From the NCBI GenBank assembly GCA_945878645.1, contig CAMCTW010000001.1:4778-68777 (forward strand): a stretch of DNA of 64,000 nt, in the 5' to 3' direction. The stretch is from Bifidobacterium breve. Lineage in GTDB: Bacteria; Actinomycetota; Acidimicrobiia; Acidimicrobiales; Acidimicrobilacustridaceae. This document shows positions 9,355 through 18,390 of this stretch, piece after piece. Position 1 is the stretch's first letter. Every line of letters starts with the position of its first letter. Position numbers and translations under genes: made by a program. The notes under the pieces were generated by a model. That model was not told where the DNA came from. It did not search any database and saw only the letters and a list, made by a program, of their open reading frames with translations.

Positions 9355-9386
9355 GGTGGGATCGCCGCCCCCGAGCCGATCCCACC
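9355..9386 (+). terminator. Hairpin downstream of whiB7
   Basis: GGTGGGATCG...CGATCCCACC 10-bp stem; no U-tract. Confidence 0.4.
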
Positions 9387-9499
9387 TGCAGCCTCGGACA
9401 GTCGGACCTGTCACCAAAACGGCCCCTGGTCGAGAGGTGATTGGGAGTGGTGCGGGGCTCCAAGTACGGTCGGAACTGCATCTCGCAGTCGGATCTCAT

Positions 9500-10114
9500 A
9501 TGGAACCCGCACCGCTTCCTCCCCAACCCCGTTCGGCCATGCGCCGTTATCTCCCGCTCACCGTGGCGGGGCTGATCGTCGTGGGTTTCGCAATCGCCCT
9601 GATTCTGTCGTTCTCGGGCGGTTCGTCAACGACATCGTCGGATGTCACCAAGCTCGACCCCAACGCCACGCAACCACCTGAACTCGTCATCACCAACGAC
9701 GTGGCCGGCACCAGGTTGCCGAAACTCACCTACGTCGCCTTCGACGGCTCAACCAAAGAACTCGCACCGAACGGCAAACCGCTTCTGATCAATGTGTGGT
9801 CATCAACCTGTGTTCCATGCGTAACCGAAATGCCCGCACTGGAAAAAGTGTGGCAGGCCAACCGCAACGACGTCGACATTCTTGGTCTTGATTATCTGGA
9901 ACCCCCCGAACTCGGACAAGCGATGGCCGATCGAACCGGCGTGACCTATCCGCTTGGACGCGATGTCAATGGGTCGATTCTGCGCTCGCTTGGTGGAATC
10001 GGACTCCCCTACACCGTCCTCGTGGCGTCAAACGGAACTATTCTGGCCACGCACTCGGGTGCGCTCACCCAAGCTCAGTTCACCGAACTCGTGAAGACCG
10101 CCACCGGTAACTGA
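9500..10114 (+). CDS. Membrane-anchored TlpA/ResA-like thiol-disulfide oxidoreductase
   Basis: N-terminal TM; INVWSSTCVPCVTEMP (CxxC); GLPYT cis-Pro motif. Confidence 0.88.
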   Translation: MEPAPLPPQPRSAMRRYLPLTVAGLIVVGFAIALILSFSGGSSTTSSDVTKLDPNATQPPELVITNDVAGTRLPKLTYVAFDGSTKELAPNGKPLLINVWSSTCVPCVTEMPALEKVWQANRNDVDILGLDYLEPPELGQAMADRTGVTYPLGRDVNGSILRSLGGIGLPYTVLVASNGTILATHSGALTQAQFTELVKTATGN

Positions 10115-10115
10115 C

Positions 10116-10976
10116 ATGAACTCGGCGATCGTTTACGCGTTTGGTGTTGGCATGGTCGCCACGTTTAATCCGTGCGGCTTCGCCATGTTGCCGGCGTATC
10201 TGTCGTATTTCTTAGGACTCGAGAACGCGAGAGACACAGAGGGCCGAGCCGACGCAACCGTTCTGCGTGCACTCGCCGTGGGCGCAGCAATGACGGCTGG
10301 CTTTGTTGTGGTGTTCGGTGTTCTCGGACTCGTTCTTGATCCGATTCTTTCTTCCATCAACGACAAGTTGCCCTGGCTCACCATTGTGTTGGGAGTTGTT
10401 CTGGTAATCCTCGGCATTCGTTTGCTGATGGGTCGCGAAATCACCGTGAGTTTGCCGAAGATTTCGAAAGGCCCCGAAGGTCGCGAACTTGGATCAGTCT
10501 TCGTGTTCGGTATTTCCTATGCCCTCGTTTCACTGAGCTGCACGTTGTCGTTGTTCATCGCGGCGATCTCAACGGTTATTGATCAGCAGAACTTTTTTGT
10601 TGGTCTCGGCGCATTTATTGCCTACGCGCTCGGCATGGGACTTGTGCTGATCGTGCTCACACTCGCGATCGCACTCGCTCGCCAAGGAATCGTGAAGAAG
10701 ATGCGCGGCGTGCTCCCGTATATCAATCGCATCTCTGGCGTATTGCTCGTTCTTGCTGGTCTGTATGTCGCCTATTACGGCTGGTACGAACTACGCGTTC
10801 TGAGCGGCAACACGTCAGGCGGCGGAATCGCCGGCTGGATGTTCAACATCAACGGCCACATCACGCAATGGATCAACGACGTTGGCCCGACTCGTATCGG
10901 ACTCATCCTCGGCCTCGTGATTGCGCTGGTCGTGTTCATCGCGTTGCTCAGCAAAGCCCGGGCCGACGACAAGTAG
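10116..10976 (+). CDS. ccdA: CcdA/DsbD-type cytochrome c biogenesis protein
   Basis: FNPCGFAMLPAY and SLSCTL; multi-TM; adjacent to the TlpA gene. Confidence 0.88.
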   Translation: MNSAIVYAFGVGMVATFNPCGFAMLPAYLSYFLGLENARDTEGRADATVLRALAVGAAMTAGFVVVFGVLGLVLDPILSSINDKLPWLTIVLGVVLVILGIRLLMGREITVSLPKISKGPEGRELGSVFVFGISYALVSLSCTLSLFIAAISTVIDQQNFFVGLGAFIAYALGMGLVLIVLTLAIALARQGIVKKMRGVLPYINRISGVLLVLAGLYVAYYGWYELRVLSGNTSGGGIAGWMFNINGHITQWINDVGPTRIGLILGLVIALVVFIALLSKARADDK

Positions 10977-10985
10977 CCTCGGCGC

Positions 10986-11918
10986 ATGGAACTTCGCATC
11001 TTTGTTGAACCCCAGCAGGGCGCTTCGTATCGTCAACAACTCGCGGTTGCGCAACTTGCCGAACAACTCGGGTTCGACGGCTTCTTCCGCTCCGATCATT
11101 ACTTGCGCATGGGCGCTGGCGATCCGATGCCCGGCCCTACCGATTCTTGGGTCACGCTCGGTGCAATCGCACGAGAGACCAGCGCCATTCGACTTGGCAC
11201 GCTCGTCGCTTCGGCAACGTTCCGTTTGCCCGGCCAGCTTGCAGTAGCCGTTGCGCAGATCGATGACATGAGCGACGGACGCATCGAACTTGGTCTGGGT
11301 GCTGGTTGGTTCGATGCCGAGCACACCGCGTATGGCATTCCGTTCCCCACACTTGGTCAACGCTTCGACATTCTTGAAGAGCAGCTCGAAATCATTACCG
11401 GTATGTGGAATACACCGCTCGATTCGCAGTATTCGTTCGAAGGGCAACATCACACCATCGTGGGTTCCCCTGCGATCCCCAAGCCCGTTCAGGCTGGTGG
11501 CCCGCCGATCATCATGGGTGGCTACGGCCCCAAGCGCACACCTGCCCTAGCCGCGAAATACGCCAGCGAATTCAACCTTCCGTTCCCTCCAGTCGAGATC
11601 TATCGAGCGTCTTGCGACATCGTGCGCGCCGCATGTGAAGCACGCGGTCGCGATCCGGAATCGATGATCTATTCGGTTGCACAGGTGTTGTGTGTCGGCG
11701 CCAACGATGCAGAAATCGCGCGCCGTGCACAGAACATCGGCCGTGAGGTTGACGAACTTCTTCAGAACGGTGCTGCCGGTTCACCTGCGCAGGTGCTCGA
11801 CAAGATCGCGTCATTCGCTGAAGCCGGTGCCACGCGCTTATACCTACAGATTCTCGACATGGATGATCTCGACCACATTCATCTATTGGCCGAAGAAGTG
11901 ATGAAGGTGCTGCCCTAA
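10986..11918 (+). CDS. LLM-class, probably F420-dependent oxidoreductase
   Basis: RIFVEPQQGA, FFRSDHY, IRLGTLV, GRIELGLGAGW. Confidence 0.88.
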   Translation: MELRIFVEPQQGASYRQQLAVAQLAEQLGFDGFFRSDHYLRMGAGDPMPGPTDSWVTLGAIARETSAIRLGTLVASATFRLPGQLAVAVAQIDDMSDGRIELGLGAGWFDAEHTAYGIPFPTLGQRFDILEEQLEIITGMWNTPLDSQYSFEGQHHTIVGSPAIPKPVQAGGPPIIMGGYGPKRTPALAAKYASEFNLPFPPVEIYRASCDIVRAACEARGRDPESMIYSVAQVLCVGANDAEIARRAQNIGREVDELLQNGAAGSPAQVLDKIASFAEAGATRLYLQILDMDDLDHIHLLAEEVMKVLP

Positions 11919-11929
11919 CAGATACGCAC

Positions 11930-12583
11930 TTAGGGGTTGAGTCGTTCCACGCGCCAACCAGTTTTCTGTGACGCGTCGGCGGTGTAGCGGAATCGATCAT
12001 GCAATCGTGACTGTCGACCTTGCCAGAACTCAATCTCGCTCGGCAGCACACGGAATCCACCCCAATGGGGCGGACGAGGAACATCCATACCCTCAAACCG
12101 CGCGTCGGTTTCCGCCCAGCGCGATTCAAGAACAGATCGGTCGGCCATCACTTCACTTTGCTGTGAGGCCCACGCGCCAATCTGACTACCGCGTGGTCGG
12201 GTACTGAAGTACTCATCACTTTCCGCCTCGGTCACTTTCTCAACAGTGCCGACAACTCGAACTTGGCGAGAAAGAATGTTCCAAGGGAAACAGATTGACG
12301 CCTGCGGGTGATCAGTGAGTTCACGACCTTTTTGGCTCGTGTAATTCGTGAAGAACACAAAGCCGTGATCCATACCTTTCAACAGCACATGTCGAGACGA
12401 CGGCATTCCGTCAGCACCGACACTTGAAAGCACCATGGCGTGAGGCTCATGGGTATCCACACTCTTGGCGAACTCGAACCATGCATCGAACTGAGCGAAT
12501 GGGTCGTCAAGCAGCTCGGCGCGACGCAAGCCCTTTTCCTGGAGTTCCGCACGTAAGACATCGAGTTCCGGGGCTGCGCTCAT
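11930..12583 (-). CDS. pdxH: Pyridoxamine 5'-phosphate oxidase
   Basis: RHVLLK, FFTNYTSQKG, IEFWQGRQSRLHDR. Confidence 0.95.
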   Translation of the reverse strand: MSAAPELDVLRAELQEKGLRRAELLDDPFAQFDAWFEFAKSVDTHEPHAMVLSSVGADGMPSSRHVLLKGMDHGFVFFTNYTSQKGRELTDHPQASICFPWNILSRQVRVVGTVEKVTEAESDEYFSTRPRGSQIGAWASQQSEVMADRSVLESRWAETDARFEGMDVPRPPHWGGFRVLPSEIEFWQGRQSRLHDRFRYTADASQKTGWRVERLNP

Positions 12584-12629
12584 TGGTCCAGTTCACTCCA
12601 GGTTTCTTGCCCACACCAAGCCCAAGTCA

Positions 12630-12998
12630 TCAAACGCGCCCAAGAACAATGCCGGCGTAGGCAGCGAGGCCGCCACCAAGCACCATCATCGCCGTCCACT
12701 CCACCAACATTCGGTGGTTGCGATCATTCACGAGACCGGCGAGTTCGGCAGAAAACGTCGAGAACGTGGTGAATGCTCCGCAGAACCCGGCAGCAACCCC
12801 GAGGCGGAGGTTCTCATCAATCATTTGCGTTGCGGAAACTCCGACAACGATTCCGAGAACAAACGAACCAAGAAGGTTCGCCACAAGAATGCCGATCGAC
12901 GGACCCTTAGGGAACCAACGCCGCAGCCCGATATCCACTGCGTGGCGGCTCATCGCCCCAAGAGCGCCAGCGAGGCCAACGACAATCCAAGCGGTCAT
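12630..12998 (-). CDS. crcB: Fluoride channel FluC, copy 2
   Basis: GALGAMSR, ANLLGS, GFCGAFTTFSTF. Confidence 0.92.
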   Translation of the reverse strand: MTAWIVVGLAGALGAMSRHAVDIGLRRWFPKGPSIGILVANLLGSFVLGIVVGVSATQMIDENLRLGVAAGFCGAFTTFSTFSAELAGLVNDRNHRMLVEWTAMMVLGGGLAAYAGIVLGRV

Positions 12999-13396
12999 GT
13001 TGCGGCCTCTAGGTGAATCGCTCGACGCGTAACTCGCATCGATGCCAACGCAACGAAGACTCCACCGACAACGGAGGCAATGACATACACGAACGCGGTC
13101 AGAGGTTTCGATTGCCTCAACAACTCTGCGCTCTCAATAGTGAATGTTGAGAACGTCGTGAACGCGCCGAGAATGCCGGTGCCGAGAAACGAATGACTGA
13201 GCAGTCGTGGCGGTTGTCGATCAAGAAACAGCACCAACACAACGCCAATGAGCGCAGAACCAACAAGATTGACAGCGAGCGTTGTCGTGGGAAATGTTCC
13301 CGGCGCAACAGGAAACCACACCGACAATCGCCAGCGCATCCACGAACCAAGTACGCCACCGACCGCAATCACAGCGAATCGACGGAGGAGAATCAC
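12995..13396 (-). CDS. crcB: Fluoride channel FluC, copy 1
   Basis: GGVLGSWMR, FPTTTLAVNLVGS, GILGAFTTFSTF; 4-nt overlap with copy 2. Confidence 0.92.
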   Translation of the reverse strand: MILLRRFAVIAVGGVLGSWMRWRLSVWFPVAPGTFPTTTLAVNLVGSALIGVVLVLFLDRQPPRLLSHSFLGTGILGAFTTFSTFTIESAELLRQSKPLTAFVYVIASVVGGVFVALASMRVTRRAIHLEAAT

Positions 13397-13403
13397 CTAC
13401 GAA

Positions 13404-14696
13404 TCAGCCGATTGAGGTTGCGCCGCGCATGTACGGCAGCAGAATCTCAGGAATACGCACGGTGCCATCGGGCTGGCGATGTGTTTCCATAACCGCGGCC
13501 CAAACACGCGGCACGGCAAGCGCAGAACCATTCAACGTGTGGGCGACCTCGTTGCCCTTCGCGCCCTCGACCTTGTAACGAATGTTGGCGCGACGAGCCT
13601 GGTAGTCGGTAAACCATGACACCGAAGAAACTTCGAGCCACTGATCGACGCCGGGTGCGTACACCTCGATATCGAATGTGCGCGCCGAAGAGTTTCCGAT
13701 ATCGCCGGTGCACAGATCGAGCACTCGGTACGTGAGCCCCAGCGCACCAATGAGTCCTTCCGCGCGAGCCAGAAGTTCTTCGTGAAGTGCAGGTGCTTGT
13801 TCCGGTGTGGAATACGCGAGGATTTCGACCTTGTCGAACTCATGAACGCGCAACAACCCACGGGTGTCACGTCCGGCCGAACCGGCTTCACGACGGAAGC
13901 ATGCGGTTTGTGCCATAAGGCGCATCGGGAGATCGGCACCGAGCAGAATTTCATCGCGAGCTAACGACGTAAGCGGAACTTCAGCGGTGGGGATGGCCCA
14001 TAGATCGTCGCGTTCAAGGTGATATGCATCGTCGATGAACTTGGGAAGATGACCAGTGCTGATCATTGTTTCGGTCAGCACAACAGTTGGCGGGCGAACC
14101 TCTTCGAACGCATCGGCATTGCGATCAAGCGCGACCTGACACAAAGCTCGAGACAACGTGGCGCCCTGGCCGCGGAACATCGTGAACATCGCGCCGGACA
14201 TCTTCACGGCGCGTTCCAAATCGAGAATGCCAAGTTCGGTGCCGATGTCCCAGTGCGGAACGCGCTGGTGTTCGGCCCACGCAGCCGGATCATCGCCAAC
14301 ACCAACGCGTTTCACCTCGACGTTGTCGGCCTCGCTTGCACCATCGGGACAATCGGGCGACGGAAGATTCGGGATGTGCAAAAGGAGGTCGCGGATCTGG
14401 CCGGCGACCTCGTCGGCGGCGGCGGCAACTTCACGTTCGCGATCGCCAAGTTCACGACTCTGTTCCTGTAACGCTTCGGCCCCAGAGGTATCGCCATCGC
14501 GACGCAGCTGGCCCACCTCTTTGGACAGACCATTGACTTTTGCCCGCAGATCATCGCGCTCAGCAGAGATCTGACGGCTCTTCTCGTCGAGTTCAGCGAC
14601 CTGAGCGAGGTCGCGCAATGCCCCTTCGTCGCCACGGCGGGCCAGCGAGGCACGCACGGCATCGTAGTCAGAACGGATTCGGCGAACGTCGATCAC
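13404..14696 (-). CDS. serS: Serine--tRNA ligase
   Basis: IPTAEVPL, FRREAGSAGRDTRGLLRVHEFDKVE, EVSSVS, HTLNGSALA; GTG start VIDVRRIR. Confidence 0.96.
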   Translation of the reverse strand: MIDVRRIRSDYDAVRASLARRGDEGALRDLAQVAELDEKSRQISAERDDLRAKVNGLSKEVGQLRRDGDTSGAEALQEQSRELGDREREVAAAADEVAGQIRDLLLHIPNLPSPDCPDGASEADNVEVKRVGVGDDPAAWAEHQRVPHWDIGTELGILDLERAVKMSGAMFTMFRGQGATLSRALCQVALDRNADAFEEVRPPTVVLTETMISTGHLPKFIDDAYHLERDDLWAIPTAEVPLTSLARDEILLGADLPMRLMAQTACFRREAGSAGRDTRGLLRVHEFDKVEILAYSTPEQAPALHEELLARAEGLIGALGLTYRVLDLCTGDIGNSSARTFDIEVYAPGVDQWLEVSSVSWFTDYQARRANIRYKVEGAKGNEVAHTLNGSALAVPRVWAAVMETHRQPDGTVRIPEILLPYMRGATSIG

Positions 14697-14735
14697 GGTT
14701 CTGAACCGTAGTCGTCGGCCCGGTAGCGTCAGATC

Positions 14736-15707
14736 GTGGTTTCTCCTGAGTCCCCGCCTGCGATCGAGGTCAACAACCTCACCATTCGCTATGGCGATCG
14801 AATCGCCGTCAACAGCCTGTCGTTTGCCGCCATGCCCGGGCAGATCACTGCTCTGCTCGGCCCCAACGGAGCGGGAAAGACCTCCACGGTCGAGACCCTC
14901 GAGGGTTACCGCCGACCCACCGCCGGTTCGGTACGAGTTCTTGGCCTCGATCCCGTCGCCGATCACCGCCAACTCGTGGCCCGCATCGGCGTAATGCTGC
15001 AGTCTGGCGGAGTGGCCACCGGCATGCGTCCGGGCGAAGCGTTGCGCCTATTCGCGTCGTACTACGACGACCCCATCAACCCCGATGAACTGCTTGAACT
15101 TGTGGGTTTGGCCGATCACCGATCCTCGACCTGGCGCTCAATGTCGGGTGGCGAACAACAACGGCTTTCTCTCGCTCTGGCTCTGGTTGGCCGACCCAAT
15201 GTCGCGTTCCTCGATGAACCGACTGCCGGCATCGACCCCGCCGGCCGACAACTCATCCGCCGCGTCATCGCCGATCTTCGTGATCGCGGTGTGGCCGTGC
15301 TGCTCACCACCCACGATCTTGAAGAAGCCGAGAAACTCGCAGATCATGTCGTGATCATCGATCACGGTGTTGTGCTCGCTGACGGAACCCCCACCGAACT
15401 CATGCGTGCTTCACAAGGTGACGAGGTTCGCTTCGGCGCACCATCGGGGCTCGATGTTTCGTCGCTCGGCGAGCGAATAGGCGCTGTCGTCACCGAAGCA
15501 TCGCCGGGCGAATACGTCGTCGCTTCTGCCGCTACTCCTTCGATGGTTGCGGCGATCACGGCATGGTTGGCTGAAATGGATCTTCCGCTCGCCGATCTGC
15601 GCGCCGGTCGCCAGCGCCTCGAAGACGTGTTCTTACGACTCACTGCCGATGCAGACGCAAAAGCGCCAGAACCCACACCTTCTCGTCGCCGGAGATCCCG
15701 TCGGTGA
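14736..15707 (+). CDS. ABC transporter ATP-binding protein (ABC-2/DrrA-like)
   Basis: GPNGAGKT, MSGGEQQR, FLDEPT, LTTH. Confidence 0.93.
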   Translation: MVSPESPPAIEVNNLTIRYGDRIAVNSLSFAAMPGQITALLGPNGAGKTSTVETLEGYRRPTAGSVRVLGLDPVADHRQLVARIGVMLQSGGVATGMRPGEALRLFASYYDDPINPDELLELVGLADHRSSTWRSMSGGEQQRLSLALALVGRPNVAFLDEPTAGIDPAGRQLIRRVIADLRDRGVAVLLTTHDLEEAEKLADHVVIIDHGVVLADGTPTELMRASQGDEVRFGAPSGLDVSSLGERIGAVVTEASPGEYVVASAATPSMVAAITAWLAEMDLPLADLRAGRQRLEDVFLRLTADADAKAPEPTPSRRRRSRR

Positions 15708-16432
15708 AAGCGCTACTTGCACAGACGCGTTCTGAATTGATGCTCAGCCTTCGCAACGGCGAACAGTTGCTCGTCAATGTTGCGATTCCGCTTTTACTGC
15801 TCGTGTTCTTCTCAGCAGTCAAAGTGCTGCCGATCCCTACCGGCGTCGACAAGCGGGTTGACTTTCTTGCGCCCGGCATCATCGCTTTGGCCGTCATGTC
15901 CAACGCAATGGTCGCGCTCGCCATTGGTACCGGGTTCGAACGTCATTACAAAGTGCTCAAGCGACTCGGCGCCACACCACTCGGCCGCGGTCGTTGGGTA
16001 CTCGCCAAAATCGGCATGGTGAAAATTCTTCTCATCGTGCAGATCGCACTCATCGTTGTTGCCGCGTTCGCCCTCGGTTGGAATCCCGGCGGTACTCCAT
16101 GGCTGGCAATTCCTGCTGTCGTGCTCGGCGCATTCGCGTTCGGTGGCATTGGCTTGCTGATGGCAGGCACGTTGCGCGGAACCGTCACACTGGCGTTGGC
16201 CAACGGCCTTTACCTACTGCTGCTTCTGCTCGGTGGAATGATCATTCCGTTCAGCGAAATGCCGGGTTTCCTGGGCACCATCGGCAAGGTGCTGCCCTCG
16301 GGGGCACTCAGTCAAGTGCTGCAGTCTTGCCTGCGCAGCGGTGCTGCTTCTGCCGGCTCGGCCTGGGTCGTTCTTGCCGTGTGGGCTGTCCTTGCGCCGC
16401 TCGCAGCGATCAAATTCTTCCGCTGGGAATAG
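15704..16432 (+). CDS. ABC-2 type permease
   Basis: LRNGEQLL, FERHYKVLKRLGATPL; six TM; 4-nt overlap with the ATPase. Confidence 0.9.
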   Translation: MKALLAQTRSELMLSLRNGEQLLVNVAIPLLLLVFFSAVKVLPIPTGVDKRVDFLAPGIIALAVMSNAMVALAIGTGFERHYKVLKRLGATPLGRGRWVLAKIGMVKILLIVQIALIVVAAFALGWNPGGTPWLAIPAVVLGAFAFGGIGLLMAGTLRGTVTLALANGLYLLLLLLGGMIIPFSEMPGFLGTIGKVLPSGALSQVLQSCLRSGAASAGSAWVVLAVWAVLAPLAAIKFFRWE

Positions 16433-17332
16433 CTACGACGGTGACGCGGTGCGCGGTGCGTCGACCGATGAACTATCAAGGCCTCCACGCTCGCCTGCTT
16501 CCCATTCAAGAATCTCACGTTCGGTGAGATAGAGGCCCTCTTGATCGGCATTGTGGTGACGTGCCGCCCACCGAAAGAACAGCACACCGATAATTCCCCA
16601 GAGGTATGCCGCTTCAATCACTTTCATAATGAGGCCAGCAACCTCTTGATCGCTCTTCGCCGAGATCCCCCACAATCGAATGGGTTGGTCGTACGCGTCG
16701 TACACCACCGAATGAGAGAGCCACAGCCACGCCGCCGGAAGCGTGGGAAGAATTGATTGGGCAAACAGGTACACCATCTGACCTGGTATCGAGAGCCGCA
16801 GTTCAGGCCAAGGCCCGCAAACCGGCAACCACATGATGAGAGCAGTGACCACGAAAAGAATGTGTGCGGTGAAATGGAATGGCCCGTTCGATGTCGAGGT
16901 ATTCACGAACTGCGGCATATGACTGAGCATGTTGAACGAGTTGAACAACGCGAACGCCAAAATCGGAGTTGCGAGTACTCGAATAACTCGCCATAACCGC
17001 CCACCCGACGCCACGAAGAGTTCGGCCAACCACCTCGGACACGAGAGAAGAAAGAGTGGCGGGACAATCATCGTCAGCACAAGGTGCTGAAACATGTGCC
17101 CTGAATAAAGTCGTTGTTCGGCGATGTCATGAAGCGGCCACACCGACACCGCCGTCATAAAGGCAACAGCCAACCAAAAAGAAATGGCCTGACGTCTCGA
17201 CACCACCTGAGTGCCCGGCTCGACAACTTTCGGACCAATCACTTTCGCAACAAAGAGACCGCCCGCAACTACAGCAAGTACCAACCCCCAGACTTCCCAA
17301 TGGGCTGCGAAGGAGGGCATCGCTGAGAACAT
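16433..17332 (-). CDS. ctaG: Cytochrome c oxidase assembly protein (caa3 CtaG type)
   Basis: HMFQHLVL, HFTAHILF, DQEVAGLIMK; last gene of the oxidase operon. Confidence 0.85.
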   Translation of the reverse strand: MFSAMPSFAAHWEVWGLVLAVVAGGLFVAKVIGPKVVEPGTQVVSRRQAISFWLAVAFMTAVSVWPLHDIAEQRLYSGHMFQHLVLTMIVPPLFLLSCPRWLAELFVASGGRLWRVIRVLATPILAFALFNSFNMLSHMPQFVNTSTSNGPFHFTAHILFVVTALIMWLPVCGPWPELRLSIPGQMVYLFAQSILPTLPAAWLWLSHSVVYDAYDQPIRLWGISAKSDQEVAGLIMKVIEAAYLWGIIGVLFFRWAARHHNADQEGLYLTEREILEWEAGERGGLDSSSVDAPRTASPS

Positions 17333-17398
17333 GATCTCAGTCTTGTGCGTGAGAGTGCGCGTGACCAGTCAGGGCCATCGCTCGTTCTGGCGGTGCTA

Positions 17399-17740
17399 CT
17401 AGAACCAAAAACGGAAGGTCGTCAACATCGCGAGGTACACAAGCATCGCAAGAACCAAGCCCGAATAAAAGATGCGAGTCAGGATCGGCTTGTCGAACTT
17501 CAGATGCATGAAGATGTACAGAATCGTGAAGAACTTCACGGCCATCAGGATCATGAGCACCGGGATCAGGAGTTCATCGGCCCAAATCGGAAAATCCGGC
17601 GCGGCATACGTGAAGACTTCGATGATGGTGAGAACCGCAAGGAAGATCGCGGTCAGGACATAGACCTTGTCGCGCGAATAGTCCTTGACTGCACCATCGA
17701 GGGCAGTGGTGGGGACGTTGTCATGTGAGGTGATGGTCAT
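17399..17740 (-). CDS. Cytochrome c oxidase subunit IV
   Basis: Three TM; LAVLTIIEV, KFFTILYIFMHLKFD. Confidence 0.85.
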   Translation of the reverse strand: MTITSHDNVPTTALDGAVKDYSRDKVYVLTAIFLAVLTIIEVFTYAAPDFPIWADELLIPVLMILMAVKFFTILYIFMHLKFDKPILTRIFYSGLVLAMLVYLAMLTTFRFWF

Positions 17741-17754
17741 GTGATGGTCCTCGA

Positions 17755-18390
17755 TCAGGTTGGGATGAGGTACACGACGGCGAAGATGACGACCCAAACG
17801 ACATCAACGAAGTGCCAGTACAGGCCGACGATTTCGACGGTCTCAGCCTTGTGTTCCGGAATCTTGCCCCGCAGCGATAAAAGCACGACCGAGACGAGCA
17901 TGATGATGCCGACCGTGACGTGGATGCCGTGGAAGCCAGTGAGTGTGTAGAACGCTGAACTGAATCGGCTGGTGGTAAACCCGAGACCTTCGCGAACGAA
18001 CACAGTGAACTCGTAGATCTGACCAGCCATGAATGTTGCACCGAGAACAGCAGTTGCGCCGAGCCAAACGCGCATGCGCTGATGCTCTCCACGCTCGATG
18101 GCCGAAACAGCCAACACCATGGTGAGTGACGACATGAGAAGAACGAACGACGAGGTCGACGTAAACGGAATATCGAAAATCTCTTGCGCGGTCGGACCTT
18201 CAAGCGGACGCCTGTAGAGCAGATAGGTGGTGATCAAGCCGCCGAACAGCAAGCACTCCGAAGCCAGGAACAACCACATGCCCAATTTGGTATTGGAGAT
18301 TCCGGTGTTGGTATCGGCATCGATGTGCGCGTGCGCCTGTTGCGCGTCGGCCGCGGCCAGCGTCGGGCGGGAGGTCAGCGACTCAGCCAA
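17755..18390 (-). CDS. ctaE: Cytochrome c oxidase subunit III
   Basis: WLFLASECLLF, TGFHGIHV, YWHFVDVVW. Confidence 0.95.
   Translation of the reverse strand: MAESLTSRPTLAAADAQQAHAHIDADTNTGISNTKLGMWLFLASECLLFGGLITTYLLYRRPLEGPTAQEIFDIPFTSTSSFVLLMSSLTMVLAVSAIERGEHQRMRVWLGATAVLGATFMAGQIYEFTVFVREGLGFTTSRFSSAFYTLTGFHGIHVTVGIIMLVSVVLLSLRGKIPEHKAETVEIVGLYWHFVDVVWVVIFAVVYLIPT

Noticed and set aside
12630-13403. Fluoride riboswitch for the twin fluC genes; T-box for serS
   Set aside because: fluC starts 7 nt after serS and serS appears leaderless, leaving no room; twin fluC genes are a common heterodimer arrangement.
13404-14972. Long N-terminal extensions in the ORF track (serS, erpA, ctaA, thioesterase, purS, purM, GT-C-like gene)
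   Set aside because: The extensions overlap neighbouring genes; downstream starts with a -10 or SD signal fit family lengths.
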